This document shows, one piece after another, positions 40,721 through 50,797 of a DNA stretch of 64,000 nt. A program made the translations under genes and the position numbers. The notes below the pieces were generated by a model, which had not been told where the DNA came from, made no database searches, and saw only the letters and a program-made list of their open reading frames with translations. Each line of letters opens with the position of its first letter. Within the stretch, counting starts at the first letter, position 1. Source of the DNA: a virus (lineage: Duplodnaviria > Heunggongvirae > Uroviricota > Caudoviricetes); the IMG/VR virus record IMGVR_UViG_3300026488_000246, positions 83,463 through 147,462 of that record; one strand, 5' to 3'.

Positions 40721-40862
40721 CCCAGACCCTAGAATTTCTCATTAGTAAACCTATGGTTGGTGGGAGTCAATTGACACATCAGCATCAATTTTAAATAAGC
40801 AATATCTAGATGCAGTTAGCATCATACTACATAATGCACACAAGATTAATGTAGATATTCTT

Positions 40863-41168
40863 TTGGTTGATAGTGATATTGTATCAGTTTTTGAATCAGT
40901 TGATAAGAATTTCGAGATGCTTAAACTTAAACAATTTCTTAAACATAGAAAAGGTTTTGGTGGAACATGCATATCACCTGTGATTGGATGGATTGAATCT
41001 CGTAAGAAGCATTATGATGCATGGTTTCACATTTCAGCTGACTTAGAGATTTACGACTTAAATTCAGCTAAACATCCAAGAAACACCAAATCAGTTTTTT
41101 GGATTGTAGAATTAACACCTTACACACGAGATAAAGAAGTTCCATTTGGAAAGAAATTGTATTATTAG
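40863..41168 (+). CDS. hypothetical protein (TTG start, uncertain)
   Basis: ORF. The same frame is open upstream to 40749. Confidence 0.35.
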   Translation: MVDSDIVSVFESVDKNFEMLKLKQFLKHRKGFGGTCISPVIGWIESRKKHYDAWFHISADLEIYDLNSAKHPRNTKSVFWIVELTPYTRDKEVPFGKKLYY

Positions 41169-41186
41169 CAATGGGGAGGTTGCTAA

Positions 41187-41909
41187 ATGAAACTCTATCA
41201 ATTCAATGATTGGTATCAACAAGCTGTGGATTATTGGTCAGATCCTAACCATATCGATTGTCCCGATAAATGTGTGGAGAAACTAAAACAACTGAAATCT
41301 GAAGTAGAATCTTATTTCAGCAACACGGGTGAATCCTATGTATGGTTTAAAAGAATCGTATCTACTATGCTTTCATTAAGGCTAACCAAGTTTCACATGG
41401 AAGTCTATAAAATTGTGGGGGAGGATGAAAATGGTCAACTTAAGCTCGAAAAACCAGATGATTTACCTGATATATCTACAAATGCTACAAACTTCAAGGA
41501 ACTTTTAGGAGCATTCATTGTAGACTTACCAGAAATTGAAACTTTGTTTAGCACATACACAACTACACAATCATCCGATGGTTTGGAAGACGATGATGAT
41601 AGTAAATGTATTCAATGTGGTGAATCTGGAACAGACGCAAGTGGTAATGTTGTACAACAATGTTTAGATACGTCTAAAGTTGACGAATTTATCGAAAAGG
41701 TCAAAGGGTTACCTAAAGAAGATCTAAATAGAATCTTTGCTTTCATTGATAGCCTAGATGAAACTGATAGATCTTTGTATGTGATGTTTAAGTCTAATGA
41801 GCTATATATGAAAACAGATCAAATAACCATGAGAGAATTAGCTATTGAAGCTGGTTTAGATGATGTAGTTTCTGTTTACAAATGGGTCATTCCAGGTTTC
41901 AATTCCTAG
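41187..41909 (+). CDS. hypothetical acidic protein
   Basis: RBS GGGGAGG. Confidence 0.65.
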   Translation: MKLYQFNDWYQQAVDYWSDPNHIDCPDKCVEKLKQLKSEVESYFSNTGESYVWFKRIVSTMLSLRLTKFHMEVYKIVGEDENGQLKLEKPDDLPDISTNATNFKELLGAFIVDLPEIETLFSTYTTTQSSDGLEDDDDSKCIQCGESGTDASGNVVQQCLDTSKVDEFIEKVKGLPKEDLNRIFAFIDSLDETDRSLYVMFKSNELYMKTDQITMRELAIEAGLDDVVSVYKWVIPGFNS

Positions 41910-41960
41910 TTACCTAACCTTATAATTGTATACAACTATATTACAAAATGAAACGCTTCC
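41907..41960 (+). promoter_or_regulatory. intergenic cassette A
   Basis: TAGTTACCTAACCTTATAATTGTATACAACTATATTACAAAATGAAACGCTTCC. Confidence 0.55.
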
Positions 41961-41969
41961 GAGGATGGT

Positions 41970-42500
41970 ATGTTAAAATCGTTAATCGACTCCGTAAGAA
42001 TATTTGATAGTGATTTCATTGCAATATTCGAGCAAAATTACACAGGTGAGTATGAACCTTTGAATCATACCTATGAATCATTCATACCTTTTATTCCCAA
42101 GGACTACAAAGATTCTGTGTTTCGAATTGAGATACTTTTCGTGACAAACAAAGATAAACTTCCATTACCATCTGTCATTAGGAAACGATATTGTGAACTT
42201 GGAACTTTTGCTCTTGCTTTTATTGGATCTGGACACGTGGAGATTGATTTCCTGCGTTATAAACTAGCTGTAAATCTTAGCAAATTCAAAGACAATCTAA
42301 AACTACTTTTGGAAGTCTTTAGAAGCTTATCTGACTGGGAACTTGTTAAACTTATACGCGCCCCAGCTAACTTGCTAATTGAAACATATGAAGGCAAACT
42401 GATTCCATTAGTTTATTCCAAAAGACCCTTACCAGTAAAAGATGTAAAGTCATTGCATACTATGAAAAATATTTGCTTCCGTGCTGAGAGCATAGATTAG
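41970..42500 (+). CDS. hypothetical protein
   Basis: Downstream of cassette A. Confidence 0.65.
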   Translation: MLKSLIDSVRIFDSDFIAIFEQNYTGEYEPLNHTYESFIPFIPKDYKDSVFRIEILFVTNKDKLPLPSVIRKRYCELGTFALAFIGSGHVEIDFLRYKLAVNLSKFKDNLKLLLEVFRSLSDWELVKLIRAPANLLIETYEGKLIPLVYSKRPLPVKDVKSLHTMKNICFRAESID

Positions 42501-42510
42501 GAGGTAGGTT

Positions 42511-43209
42511 ATGGCTCAAACAACTAGACAGAAACTTAAAGAGTTTGTATCTAACATTCTTACAAAACCAGCTTTAGTTTTTGATATTGAAACTATTCCA
42601 GATAAAGAAAAGATTGAAGCTTACTATACACAAGAGGAACTTTCTGAAAAGGAAACTCTCTATGAAGTATCAATAGGATTTCATAGAGTTATATCATTTG
42701 CTTGTACTGAAGTGCGTTACAATCCAACAACTAAAAACTTTGAAAAATCAGATACAACATTACTTTTCAACCCTGATGATGAACTACAACTATTACTAGA
42801 TGTATCAAAGATAATGCAACAATATGAATACTTCATTACATTCAATGGTTCAAGATATGATTTTCCAGTACTTGAAAGAAGAGCTTTATTTCATGGATTA
42901 CAGAAATCATACAAAGATAACACAGAAAGGCTTTTACTTAAGGAACTAGTTTTGAATTGCTCAGAATTACAATGGTGTCATTGGAAACATCTTGATATCT
43001 TTAATCTGCTTAATTTGAAAGGACAGAAAGGAGGATTAGCATTACTTCTTGATTATATGGGACTACAGAAGCATAATAATATGACTGGCAAAGAAGTTTA
43101 CAGCCTACATCAATCAAAGGATTATGAAACTCTGAAGCAATATGCTACTAAAGATGCTGAATTAGAAGCTACATTGTTTATCGAATTAGTGAATTTCTTT
43201 AGGTCATAG
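42511..43209 (+). CDS. DEDDy-type 3'-5' exonuclease (DnaQ/PolB-exo-like)
   Basis: Exo I FDIETIP. Exo II FNGSRYDFPVL. Exo III YATKDAE. Confidence 0.65.
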   Translation: MAQTTRQKLKEFVSNILTKPALVFDIETIPDKEKIEAYYTQEELSEKETLYEVSIGFHRVISFACTEVRYNPTTKNFEKSDTTLLFNPDDELQLLLDVSKIMQQYEYFITFNGSRYDFPVLERRALFHGLQKSYKDNTERLLLKELVLNCSELQWCHWKHLDIFNLLNLKGQKGGLALLLDYMGLQKHNNMTGKEVYSLHQSKDYETLKQYATKDAELEATLFIELVNFFRS

Positions 43210-43264
43210 TTAGGAACCTAACCTTATAACCTTATACAACAATTGTTAATTTTGAAACGCTTCC
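43207..43264 (+). promoter_or_regulatory. intergenic cassette A
   Basis: TAGTTAGGAACCTAACCTTATAACCTTATACAAC...TTTTGAAACGCTTCC. Confidence 0.5.
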
Positions 43265-43274
43265 GAGGATTGAA

Positions 43275-43643
43275 ATGAAATCTATCTCAATGACATATGT
43301 AACGAATAGCTCAACTTTAACATGCATTGTTATCGTAAGAAAGGATATAGATCTACCAACTTATGAAGAGATTAAGGATGAATTAACAAAATCTTTTGAC
43401 AAGTTTTTCAGAAACTATCCGGAAGATTTTAAGGAAGAAATTAAGTTGAAACTTCGAGATATGTATGATTTCATGAGACATGAGATTACAACCAGCAAAG
43501 ATGAATATGTCATGTTTGACATTCGTGCAATCGAGGGTGGGTCTTTGATAGATCAAGATTCACCAGCTGTTTATGCTTTAGCTTTTGTTGTACATCAGGT
43601 TCTTGCTAAATGTGGATATATTTACGAATATGAAAGACATTGA
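43275..43643 (+). CDS. small protein of the TNSS N-motif family
   Basis: N-terminus MKSISMTYVTNSSTLTCIVIV. Confidence 0.7.
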   Translation: MKSISMTYVTNSSTLTCIVIVRKDIDLPTYEEIKDELTKSFDKFFRNYPEDFKEEIKLKLRDMYDFMRHEITTSKDEYVMFDIRAIEGGSLIDQDSPAVYALAFVVHQVLAKCGYIYEYERH

Positions 43644-43648
43644 TGCAT

Positions 43649-43695
43649 GGCTCTGTAGGTTAAGAAGACCTACAGAGCCGTTATCTTTATTTATG
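43649..43695 (+). terminator. rho-independent terminator
   Basis: GGCTCTGTAGGT ... ACCTACAGAGCC, then a T-rich tail. Confidence 0.7.
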
Positions 43696-43749
43696 ATTCA
43701 TCAGTTCTTGGTTTATACGTTACATACATCAACATAAGGGGGGTATGTT

Positions 43750-44154
43750 ATGATTACATTTCAAACAGGATTCATAACGAATAGTTCTACTGAAGCTTTG
43801 GTTATAATTTTCCCGAAAGAGAATCATCAATGCATCAAAGCGCTCCTTGAAAATGTTGATACTATAGATTGGAAAACAAAACTCGACAATTCTGTTGTAG
43901 CTAAGAAGCTTAAGCATATAGGTCATTCATACTATGATCATCTGAAGGAAAACATTCAGTCTATAGTAAAGGATGTTGCAACAAAGCTTTCCTCGAAACT
44001 TGACGACCAATCTAACGTACTGATAGACATAGAAGTAGATGTTGATGGATGTGCATATGAAAGTCCAGAATCCAACTATTATACATTCGTAGCTCTTGAA
44101 TTACTAACACAAATGCTTTCTGAGTATGTATATACAACAATGGAGTATCGTTAA
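43750..44154 (+). CDS. small protein of the TNSS N-motif family
   Basis: N-terminus MITFQTGFITNSSTEALVIIF. Confidence 0.7.
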   Translation: MITFQTGFITNSSTEALVIIFPKENHQCIKALLENVDTIDWKTKLDNSVVAKKLKHIGHSYYDHLKENIQSIVKDVATKLSSKLDDQSNVLIDIEVDVDGCAYESPESNYYTFVALELLTQMLSEYVYTTMEYR

Positions 44155-44168
44155 GAAAGGAGGTAGAT

Positions 44169-44717
44169 ATGGTAATCAAGCTTTATCTAGAACGTCCCAA
44201 TGATTGGAAATCTGTTTTTAGAAATCGATCTTATGTAGATATAGATATGAGACCTTACTTTGAAACAAGTGTTTACAGTCCAAAGGAAGTAGAAGAATTC
44301 ATTCAGCATTTACAAAAATACACCCGATACTTTCACTTTAACCTTACTTCCTACTGTCTAGAAGATGAATTTCATAGATTCATAGACTACAAACTTGATT
44401 ATGCTACATATTATACTCAGATAGAAGTTGGTGAAACTATTGATGAAGAAAATGATGATGTAGTAAGCTATGTTAGATCCTATGAGGTTGTAGAGATTTG
44501 GACAATAGATGCCTTCAAACAACTACAACAAAAATTCCCAGATGTAGTTTTTGAAGTTGCTAGGATTCAGTTTCATTCTAATAACATACGAATGATTAAT
44601 AGAACTACAAGAACCATTGAATGGTTTCGTATGCTTAATGATGCGAAACTTGCAGATCTGGACTTTATTACCATTGACAAACAAATCATGCTTAGTAATG
44701 ATAACATCAACTGGTAA
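44169..44717 (+). CDS. hypothetical protein
   Basis: RBS AAGGAGG. Confidence 0.65.
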   Translation: MVIKLYLERPNDWKSVFRNRSYVDIDMRPYFETSVYSPKEVEEFIQHLQKYTRYFHFNLTSYCLEDEFHRFIDYKLDYATYYTQIEVGETIDEENDDVVSYVRSYEVVEIWTIDAFKQLQQKFPDVVFEVARIQFHSNNIRMINRTTRTIEWFRMLNDAKLADLDFITIDKQIMLSNDNINW

Positions 44718-44730
44718 AGGAGGTACATCA

Positions 44731-46602
44731 ATGTCCAAAGACTACTCCAAAGACCATATTCAGGTTCTATCAGAAATTGAGCATATCCGACATGCTCCTG
44801 GTATGTATATTGGATCCGTTGATAATCCTTCTAAGCTTCTAGATGAAATACTAGATAATGCAATTGATGAGTTACCTTATTGTAAGAATGGAATTCATGT
44901 GATAGCTGACTACAAAGACAATATCTATGAAGTCAAAGATACAGGTAGAGGAATTCCATTAGGAACTTCAAAAACACCTGATGGTAAAGAATTACCAATT
45001 CCTGTACTTATAGCAAGTAAACTATTCTCTTCTGGTAAGTTTTCAGATAAAGCTTATGATATAGCAGCTGGAGTACATGGTGTTGGTTTGGTAGCTGTTA
45101 ATGCATTGTCAGAATGGATGGAGATAGAAGTATTCAGAGATGGTAAACATTGCAAATTCATCTTCAAGAATGGTGAATGGAAGGAAGATGAATCTTTCTG
45201 TGAAGATTATGATACAACAAAGTTTACGGGTACTATTGTAAGATTTAAGCCTGATAAGCAATACTTTGATTCAGATGTTATTCCCAAAGAGCATATCATA
45301 GAACGACTGCTTACAGTTAAGCTTTATGAGGAATACAGAAACTATCCAATCAAGCTTACATTTATAGAAAAGAATGGTCAACAAAAAGAGTATGAAGTAC
45401 CAACCACTGAACCTGTAATCTTCAAGAATGCATTCAAACCATTAGTTAATATCAAACTTCAGAATAGATCCACCAAAGAATCTATTGAAATCTATCTTTC
45501 ATGGGATAAGAAGGAATACAATCAGCAATATGGTGGAGCTGTTAACGTAATTCCTGTTAATGATGGTACGCATATTTCGTTTGCAAAATCCCAAGTTAAG
45601 AAGGCCTTGCAGAAACTTATCGAAAAATACAAGAGAAACATACTACCTGATGATTATCAATATGGTATAAGACTTTACGTACTTACAAAGATTAAAGATA
45701 GAAAGTTTACTTCACAATCTAAGGAAAAATTAGCCACACCTGTAAGATACTTCCAAGACTTATTTGGAGATAAACTTGCAGATGCAATCTACAAACAACT
45801 TGATGCTAATGATAAACTAAGGACTGAAATACTTGATAAACTTGAAGCTTATAGGACATACCTTTCAAGCAAGAATATTGTTAAATCTCTTAAATCAGAT
45901 ACAAAAGGAGGTAAAACATCAAGAGGTTTATCTGATGTACCTAATCTAAAAGATTGTCTTTCACCTTCAACGGATGATACAGAGCTATTTATCGTAGAAG
46001 GTGAATCTGCTGGTGGCACAGTTCTTGCTGTAAGAAATCCAGATAAACAAGGTGTACTACTTCTTAAAGGTAAGGTTATCAATGCTGAATCACATAACCT
46101 GGAAAGAGTATTGAAGAATAAAGAGATACAAGCATTACTGAAAGCTTTAGGAACTGGGATTGGAAAAGAGTTTGATGAAAGTAAGTTAAGATATCAGTCA
46201 GGAGTCTACTTTATAGCAGATGCTGACGAAGATGGAAAACACATACAATGTTTACTTATAACAGTTTTCGCAGTTTTAGTTCCTGAGATGCTGAAGAATG
46301 GTAAAACTTTCATTGTTAACATGCCTCTCTATGGTGTAACTCACAAGAAAACAAAGAAGTTTACACCTATTTGGAGCAAAGAAGAATGGATGAAGTATGA
46401 TGATAAAGAATATCTTAAACATAGATACAAAGGTCTTGGTGAGATGGATCCTCATGAAATGAAAGCAATTCTAGATAAACGCCATGAAATTGCAATACCA
46501 GTTGTACTCAATGACGAAGAAATCAGATTCCTTAAAGATCTTATGACTTCACCTGCATTAAAGAAGCAGTTACTGGTAGAGAAAGGTATCATTAAGGAGT
46601 AA
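44731..46602 (+). CDS. type II DNA topoisomerase ATPase/Toprim subunit (GyrB-like, T4 gp39-type)
   Basis: GVHGVGLVAVNALS. Toprim motifs LFIVEGESAGG and FIADADEDGKHI. RBS AAGGAGG. Confidence 0.8.
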   Translation: MSKDYSKDHIQVLSEIEHIRHAPGMYIGSVDNPSKLLDEILDNAIDELPYCKNGIHVIADYKDNIYEVKDTGRGIPLGTSKTPDGKELPIPVLIASKLFSSGKFSDKAYDIAAGVHGVGLVAVNALSEWMEIEVFRDGKHCKFIFKNGEWKEDESFCEDYDTTKFTGTIVRFKPDKQYFDSDVIPKEHIIERLLTVKLYEEYRNYPIKLTFIEKNGQQKEYEVPTTEPVIFKNAFKPLVNIKLQNRSTKESIEIYLSWDKKEYNQQYGGAVNVIPVNDGTHISFAKSQVKKALQKLIEKYKRNILPDDYQYGIRLYVLTKIKDRKFTSQSKEKLATPVRYFQDLFGDKLADAIYKQLDANDKLRTEILDKLEAYRTYLSSKNIVKSLKSDTKGGKTSRGLSDVPNLKDCLSPSTDDTELFIVEGESAGGTVLAVRNPDKQGVLLLKGKVINAESHNLERVLKNKEIQALLKALGTGIGKEFDESKLRYQSGVYFIADADEDGKHIQCLLITVFAVLVPEMLKNGKTFIVNMPLYGVTHKKTKKFTPIWSKEEWMKYDDKEYLKHRYKGLGEMDPHEMKAILDKRHEIAIPVVLNDEEIRFLKDLMTSPALKKQLLVEKGIIKE

Positions 46603-46610
46603 TTCCCAGA

Positions 46611-46640
46611 GGGATGGTAACCAGAGTTGGTTACCATCCC
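46611..46640 (+). terminator. hairpin terminator
   Basis: GGGATGGTAACC ... GGTTACCATCCC. Confidence 0.6.
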
Positions 46641-46669
46641 ATCAAATCATATTCACAAGGAGGAAAAGT

Positions 46670-47074
46670 ATGCTTGTCGAATTCTCATTTCCATCATTAG
46701 AAGGTAGCATATATTTTCTGTTTGAGGTTGATGATGAAAAGCAATTCAAGAAAGACCTTAAAGAATGTCTAGAGCAAGTGATCAGGAAGAGCTATAAGGA
46801 GAAATTGGAATTCATCAAAGCAAATCCAGGATGGAAAGATTTTCCTGAGATCAGGATTGAAAGGATAGCTTATCCTCTTTATAAATGTCTTAAAGAGAAA
46901 GGTTATAAGAAAGCTAAGAGGGCTACATATTTAGCAGATGCTTGGGCAGTACTTGATAAAGATGGAAAGTTTTGTCCATTCTATGAAGAATCAGATTACG
47001 AGAAAACTGAATTTGAGCAACTGATTGAAGAAATTGCAACGAAGGTTGTTAAAACTTTGAATAACGAGGGTTGA
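46670..47074 (+). CDS. hypothetical protein, paralog of 49586..49987
   Basis: FEVDDEKQF..DLKECLEQVI and KGYKKAKRATYLADAW are shared with 49586. Confidence 0.65.
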   Translation: MLVEFSFPSLEGSIYFLFEVDDEKQFKKDLKECLEQVIRKSYKEKLEFIKANPGWKDFPEIRIERIAYPLYKCLKEKGYKKAKRATYLADAWAVLDKDGKFCPFYEESDYEKTEFEQLIEEIATKVVKTLNNEG

Positions 47075-47076
47075 TC

Positions 47077-47262
47077 ATGCTTAAACTTAAATGTGACATT
47101 TGCAATAAACTAATCACCAAACCGGGCGCTTTGTTGTTCTCCCCGCCAATTGATGATTCCTGGACAGTCAAGAAGTTTCATATCTGTGTTGAGTGTTATA
47201 AACAATTGTTTGGTTTCCTACATAATGAAGAAGATATAACAGATGTTGAACTAACAGATTGA
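47077..47262 (+). CDS. small zinc-ribbon protein
   Basis: CDICN...CVECYK. Confidence 0.45.
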   Translation: MLKLKCDICNKLITKPGALLFSPPIDDSWTVKKFHICVECYKQLFGFLHNEEDITDVELTD

Positions 47263-47315
47263 AATCAAGTTCGCTTAAACATCATTAGCTATGAAATAGA
47301 TTCTTTTGAGGAGCT

Positions 47316-47669
47316 ATGGTTAATTATACAATAGCAGTTTTCATTAATGACAAACGTAAGGCTTTAGTTTCTCTTAATCATGAGCAATTAGATATTGATG
47401 CTCTTTTGTTTTACGCGAAGAACCTGAATCTATTCTACACACCAGCCTTAAAACTGATTGAGTATCACAAGGACGGAATTCAACTCATTATAGATAATCT
47501 TCTCAACAAACTAATTAATCTGATTGAAGAAAGTGATTCATCATTCATTGTATCTGTGCAAACCAGTTATAGTTTTCAAGAAGATGATAAGTTATGTTTA
47601 CAGGAATATATTATGTCATTTATGTTTGCAAAACTAGCTTTAGATTCTTTCCCCTACGTTGTTTACTGA
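47316..47669 (+). CDS. hypothetical protein
   Basis: RBS GAGGAG. Confidence 0.6.
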   Translation: MVNYTIAVFINDKRKALVSLNHEQLDIDALLFYAKNLNLFYTPALKLIEYHKDGIQLIIDNLLNKLINLIEESDSSFIVSVQTSYSFQEDDKLCLQEYIMSFMFAKLALDSFPYVVY

Positions 47670-47678
47670 GGATAAACT

Positions 47679-47960
47679 ATGATAGTGGTGATATTAACTG
47701 TTAGAAACTTACAAGAAATCTTTAAAGTGGTTGAAAGTTTGAGAAACGTTCAAGTTACAGACTCAGGGGTTACGAATTCTGTAGATCAGATAGTTTGTTC
47801 CTATGAAGAATTTGAAAAGCTAGTAGCACACAAAGAGATTGTGCATGCCAAAGCAACCTTCAAAACATCTTTCAAATCCTTAAATGGTGAAATCTACAAG
47901 ATTTTTTCCACGCAAGGTTTTGAGATTTGTTTTGATTCTGTTGATGATTATAGAAGGTAA
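47679..47960 (+). CDS. hypothetical protein
   Basis: RBS GAGGA. Confidence 0.55.
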   Translation: MIVVILTVRNLQEIFKVVESLRNVQVTDSGVTNSVDQIVCSYEEFEKLVAHKEIVHAKATFKTSFKSLNGEIYKIFSTQGFEICFDSVDDYRR

Positions 47961-48011
47961 CAAAACATTCTGACATTTCTTGTAAAAAGTGTAGAAGTTA
48001 GCGAAATTTAT

Positions 48012-48182
48012 ATGAGTTCTAATGATCACATTATGATATTCAAACATGGACCAGATCATGATGACTATTTCAAAGATATACAATTCATTCCTCGTGATTC
48101 TGTAAAAGAATATCGTTTTGCATCTCATAGGTTCGAAAGCTTAACTCCTACATATAATCAATTCATAATCAAAGAGGTTTAG
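48012..48182 (+). CDS. possible 56-aa small protein
   Basis: ATG-started ORF filling the gap before 48183. No strong RBS. Confidence 0.25.
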   Translation: MSSNDHIMIFKHGPDHDDYFKDIQFIPRDSVKEYRFASHRFESLTPTYNQFIIKEV

Positions 48183-48584
48183 ATGCAACATGTAACTGTT
48201 GGATTCATAACTAACAGTTCAACACTTGTATCGGTCATTTACATCCATTCAGAAAGAGACAGAAAACTTGTGAAGCAATGTATTCTTCATGGATTTCCAG
48301 ACGATCTAAGAGCTTCTATGAAAACAATGCTTAAAGATCTTGATTTAAGCCATCATAATGATTTAGTTGAATTCATTTACGATTGGTTAGATAAGCATGG
48401 GGAAGATTATATCATAGATCAACTACTGAAACAAATTGAAACAGAAAGATCTATCTATGCTTATGCTCATGCTGATGATTCTGCTTGTGATGGTTATGAT
48501 AATCCAGGTGAGTATTGGTTCTACCTGGTTATAAATTACATCTTGGAAGTTTATGACTTGAAAGGTGGGGTTTATTGTAAGTAA
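48183..48584 (+). CDS. small protein of the TNSS N-motif family
   Basis: N-terminus MQHVTVGFITNSSTLVSVIYI. Confidence 0.7.
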   Translation: MQHVTVGFITNSSTLVSVIYIHSERDRKLVKQCILHGFPDDLRASMKTMLKDLDLSHHNDLVEFIYDWLDKHGEDYIIDQLLKQIETERSIYAYAHADDSACDGYDNPGEYWFYLVINYILEVYDLKGGVYCK

Positions 48585-48598
48585 GGAGAGAGGTAGCC

Positions 48599-49015
48599 AT
48601 GGTTAGTATTTCTCAATCTTTTGTGACAAACAGTTCCAATTTCGTATTATCTTTACTTGTTACACCTCAAATCAAGCAAAAAGTTATCAAACATTTGTTA
48701 CACATTCCAGATTGGAAGTTTATAGTGAATAAAGTTGATAAGTATTTCAACTTTGTTGACTATCCCGAAACTATTCAGAAGTTGTTTGACCAATTAGATC
48801 AGAAAGACGAACTTCAAGAACTACTTTCTAATCATGCACAAAAGCTTATTGATCAACTAGAGAAAAATGAAGAATGTATTGTTATAGAAATTCAAACTAG
48901 TAGATTCTATGGATCGGAACAACCAAGAGAGAAAGACATAAAAGAATATGCGATGGCTCTTTTATTGACATATCTTGCATTAGGTGGAATACCGTTTAAG
49001 GAGATGACCTTATGA
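48599..49015 (+). CDS. small protein of the TNSS N-motif family
   Basis: N-terminus MVSISQSFVTNSSNFVLSLLV. Confidence 0.7.
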   Translation: MVSISQSFVTNSSNFVLSLLVTPQIKQKVIKHLLHIPDWKFIVNKVDKYFNFVDYPETIQKLFDQLDQKDELQELLSNHAQKLIDQLEKNEECIVIEIQTSRFYGSEQPREKDIKEYAMALLLTYLALGGIPFKEMTL

Positions 49016-49581
49016 TTAGCATAAGCTTCTATCTTGATTCAGAACCATTTACACGAGTGGTTACTAAAGGTAAGATAGTTACAACTGAGTTTGATTCTAC
49101 AACCAAAACTAGTAAACAAGAAATAATAGGTCAGTTTTCTGATCCACGAGGCATCTCAGAAGATTTGCTTTCCAAATGTACTGGTGCTAATGACTATTAT
49201 ATTGTTGATTTTGAACTTAGCAATAAATTTCAATCCTTGAAATCTCATATTAAATCTATTTTGATCAGCTATACATGGAGGATTCCGAAACTTGAATTCT
49301 ACTTTACGTTGAAACTTGAATTTGAATCATATGAAAATCTACTATCTTATATTGATTTGCTTGATGAACTACTTGTGCTCTCAAATCATACATATTCAGT
49401 TTATAGCGATCAAGGTGTTATTTTGATTCCAACAAGCCTTACATCTTTTACTGAAGTGAAAATCTTACCATTCTACAAAGTTGAGAAATGTGTTTACTAT
49501 GATGGTGTAAGTGATGAGTTTCATTCCTTTAAAGATGATTACAATGTTTTCTATGTTTTGAAACAACATCAAAAGAGGTGA
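49012..49581 (+). CDS. hypothetical protein
   Basis: RBS AAGGAG. Confidence 0.6.
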   Translation: MISISFYLDSEPFTRVVTKGKIVTTEFDSTTKTSKQEIIGQFSDPRGISEDLLSKCTGANDYYIVDFELSNKFQSLKSHIKSILISYTWRIPKLEFYFTLKLEFESYENLLSYIDLLDELLVLSNHTYSVYSDQGVILIPTSLTSFTEVKILPFYKVEKCVYYDGVSDEFHSFKDDYNVFYVLKQHQKR

Positions 49582-49585
49582 AAAC

Positions 49586-49987
49586 ATGAAAGTTGTAACT
49601 GTTGAAGCTGGTAGTTATGAAGATTATTACTACTTTCAAGTTGTTTTAGAGTCGGAAGATCAACTTCCAAAATTCGAGCAGGATCTTTATGAATGTATCA
49701 AACAAGTTATTCTAGAATGCAAAGATGACGAAATGTATGTCTTTGAAGACGACGTAAGGAACGACGTTACATTACCGATTGACTCCATTTTCAACAGGAT
49801 TAGAGATTGTATCTATGCTAAAGGATATAGAGCTCCTGAAACAATTAAAACCTATTCAGTTGATGCTTGGGGTTCAATTTCTCTTAAAGAAAAGAGATAC
49901 AGATCCTTTCATGATAAACCAAAGGGTAGGTTCACCGAGCTTGAGGAGATGTTTGACAAAGCAGCTGAAGAGGTATTGAAGAAATAA
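49586..49987 (+). CDS. hypothetical protein, paralog of 46670..47074
   Basis: See 46670. Confidence 0.65.
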   Translation: MKVVTVEAGSYEDYYYFQVVLESEDQLPKFEQDLYECIKQVILECKDDEMYVFEDDVRNDVTLPIDSIFNRIRDCIYAKGYRAPETIKTYSVDAWGSISLKEKRYRSFHDKPKGRFTELEEMFDKAAEEVLKK

Positions 49988-49995
49988 CACTGATG

Positions 49996-50020
49996 AATCA
50001 TTTATATAAAACTGAAATAG
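49996..50020 (+). promoter_or_regulatory. promoter-like motif B
   Basis: AATCATTTATATAAAACTGAAATAG. Followed by a hairpin at 50021-50050. Confidence 0.4.
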
Positions 50021-50080
50021 AGGGATAGGATAGGTGTTTATCCTATCCCTCGAAAATACAACTGTTTTAGGAGGTGTGAG

Positions 50081-50269
50081 ATGCTAGCAGAAATCATCAC
50101 ATTCGATAATGGTGCAGTAGCTAATGTTACAGAAGAAAGAGGTCAGAAAAACATTCATGTTCTGGGTTTCCGCTCTGGAGAACCTAGAATAACAATTCCA
50201 TCAAGGTTGGCTGAGGACGAAAGGCAAGTTTTGAAACAAGTCTTAAAAGAGCTTGCTGAGTCTCTCTAA
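50081..50269 (+). CDS. small protein
   Basis: RBS AGGAGGTG. Confidence 0.5.
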   Translation: MLAEIITFDNGAVANVTEERGQKNIHVLGFRSGEPRITIPSRLAEDERQVLKQVLKELAESL

Positions 50270-50334
50270 TCTGTTTCACCCCCTCCCTTGGGGGATTCTT
50301 TTCTTCGAAATTATTGCTTAAAAGGAGTGTAAGA

Positions 50335-50751
50335 ATGAAAAGCATATCATTCAATTTTATTGCAAATTCTTCAATCTCTGTTACGATGATCACTTTTAAG
50401 AAGAAACAAGATTCTGAAATTCAAGATCTACAGACTTATTTCGATACTCATTTCAGTCAAATTACTAACGTATCTAATCAGTCTATAGAAACAATCAAGA
50501 GAGCACTTTCAAAAATTCATAAGTATGTAAGCACGATAAATGATGAACAGCACAAAGTGGTGATTGAAGAAAGAAGATTAGGGATCAATGTAAAAATTGA
50601 TGGAGATCATATCACGGATCTAACCCAGCAAGCAGATATCGATTTACATACAGATACTGTTAACGCCATAATACATATGTTTGAAGATAAAGGATACGAA
50701 ATTGAAGATTTTGACATTTACGGTGAAGGACCTTCGTTGGACAGACATTGA
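50335..50751 (+). CDS. small protein of the TNSS N-motif family
   Basis: N-terminus MKSISFNFIANSSISVTMITF. RBS AAGGAG. Confidence 0.7.
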   Translation: MKSISFNFIANSSISVTMITFKKKQDSEIQDLQTYFDTHFSQITNVSNQSIETIKRALSKIHKYVSTINDEQHKVVIEERRLGINVKIDGDHITDLTQQADIDLHTDTVNAIIHMFEDKGYEIEDFDIYGEGPSLDRH

Positions 50752-50797
50752 TAGAAATTAAGTTTCTAAAAAATGAAAACAAATTGGGAGGATGATT

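Larger units (their letters stand above)
38750..40745 (+). mobile_element. IS607-family insertion sequence (tnpA serine recombinase plus tnpB)
   Basis: Gene pair organisation typical of IS607. Boundaries are approximate. This family has no terminal inverted repeats. Confidence 0.6.
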
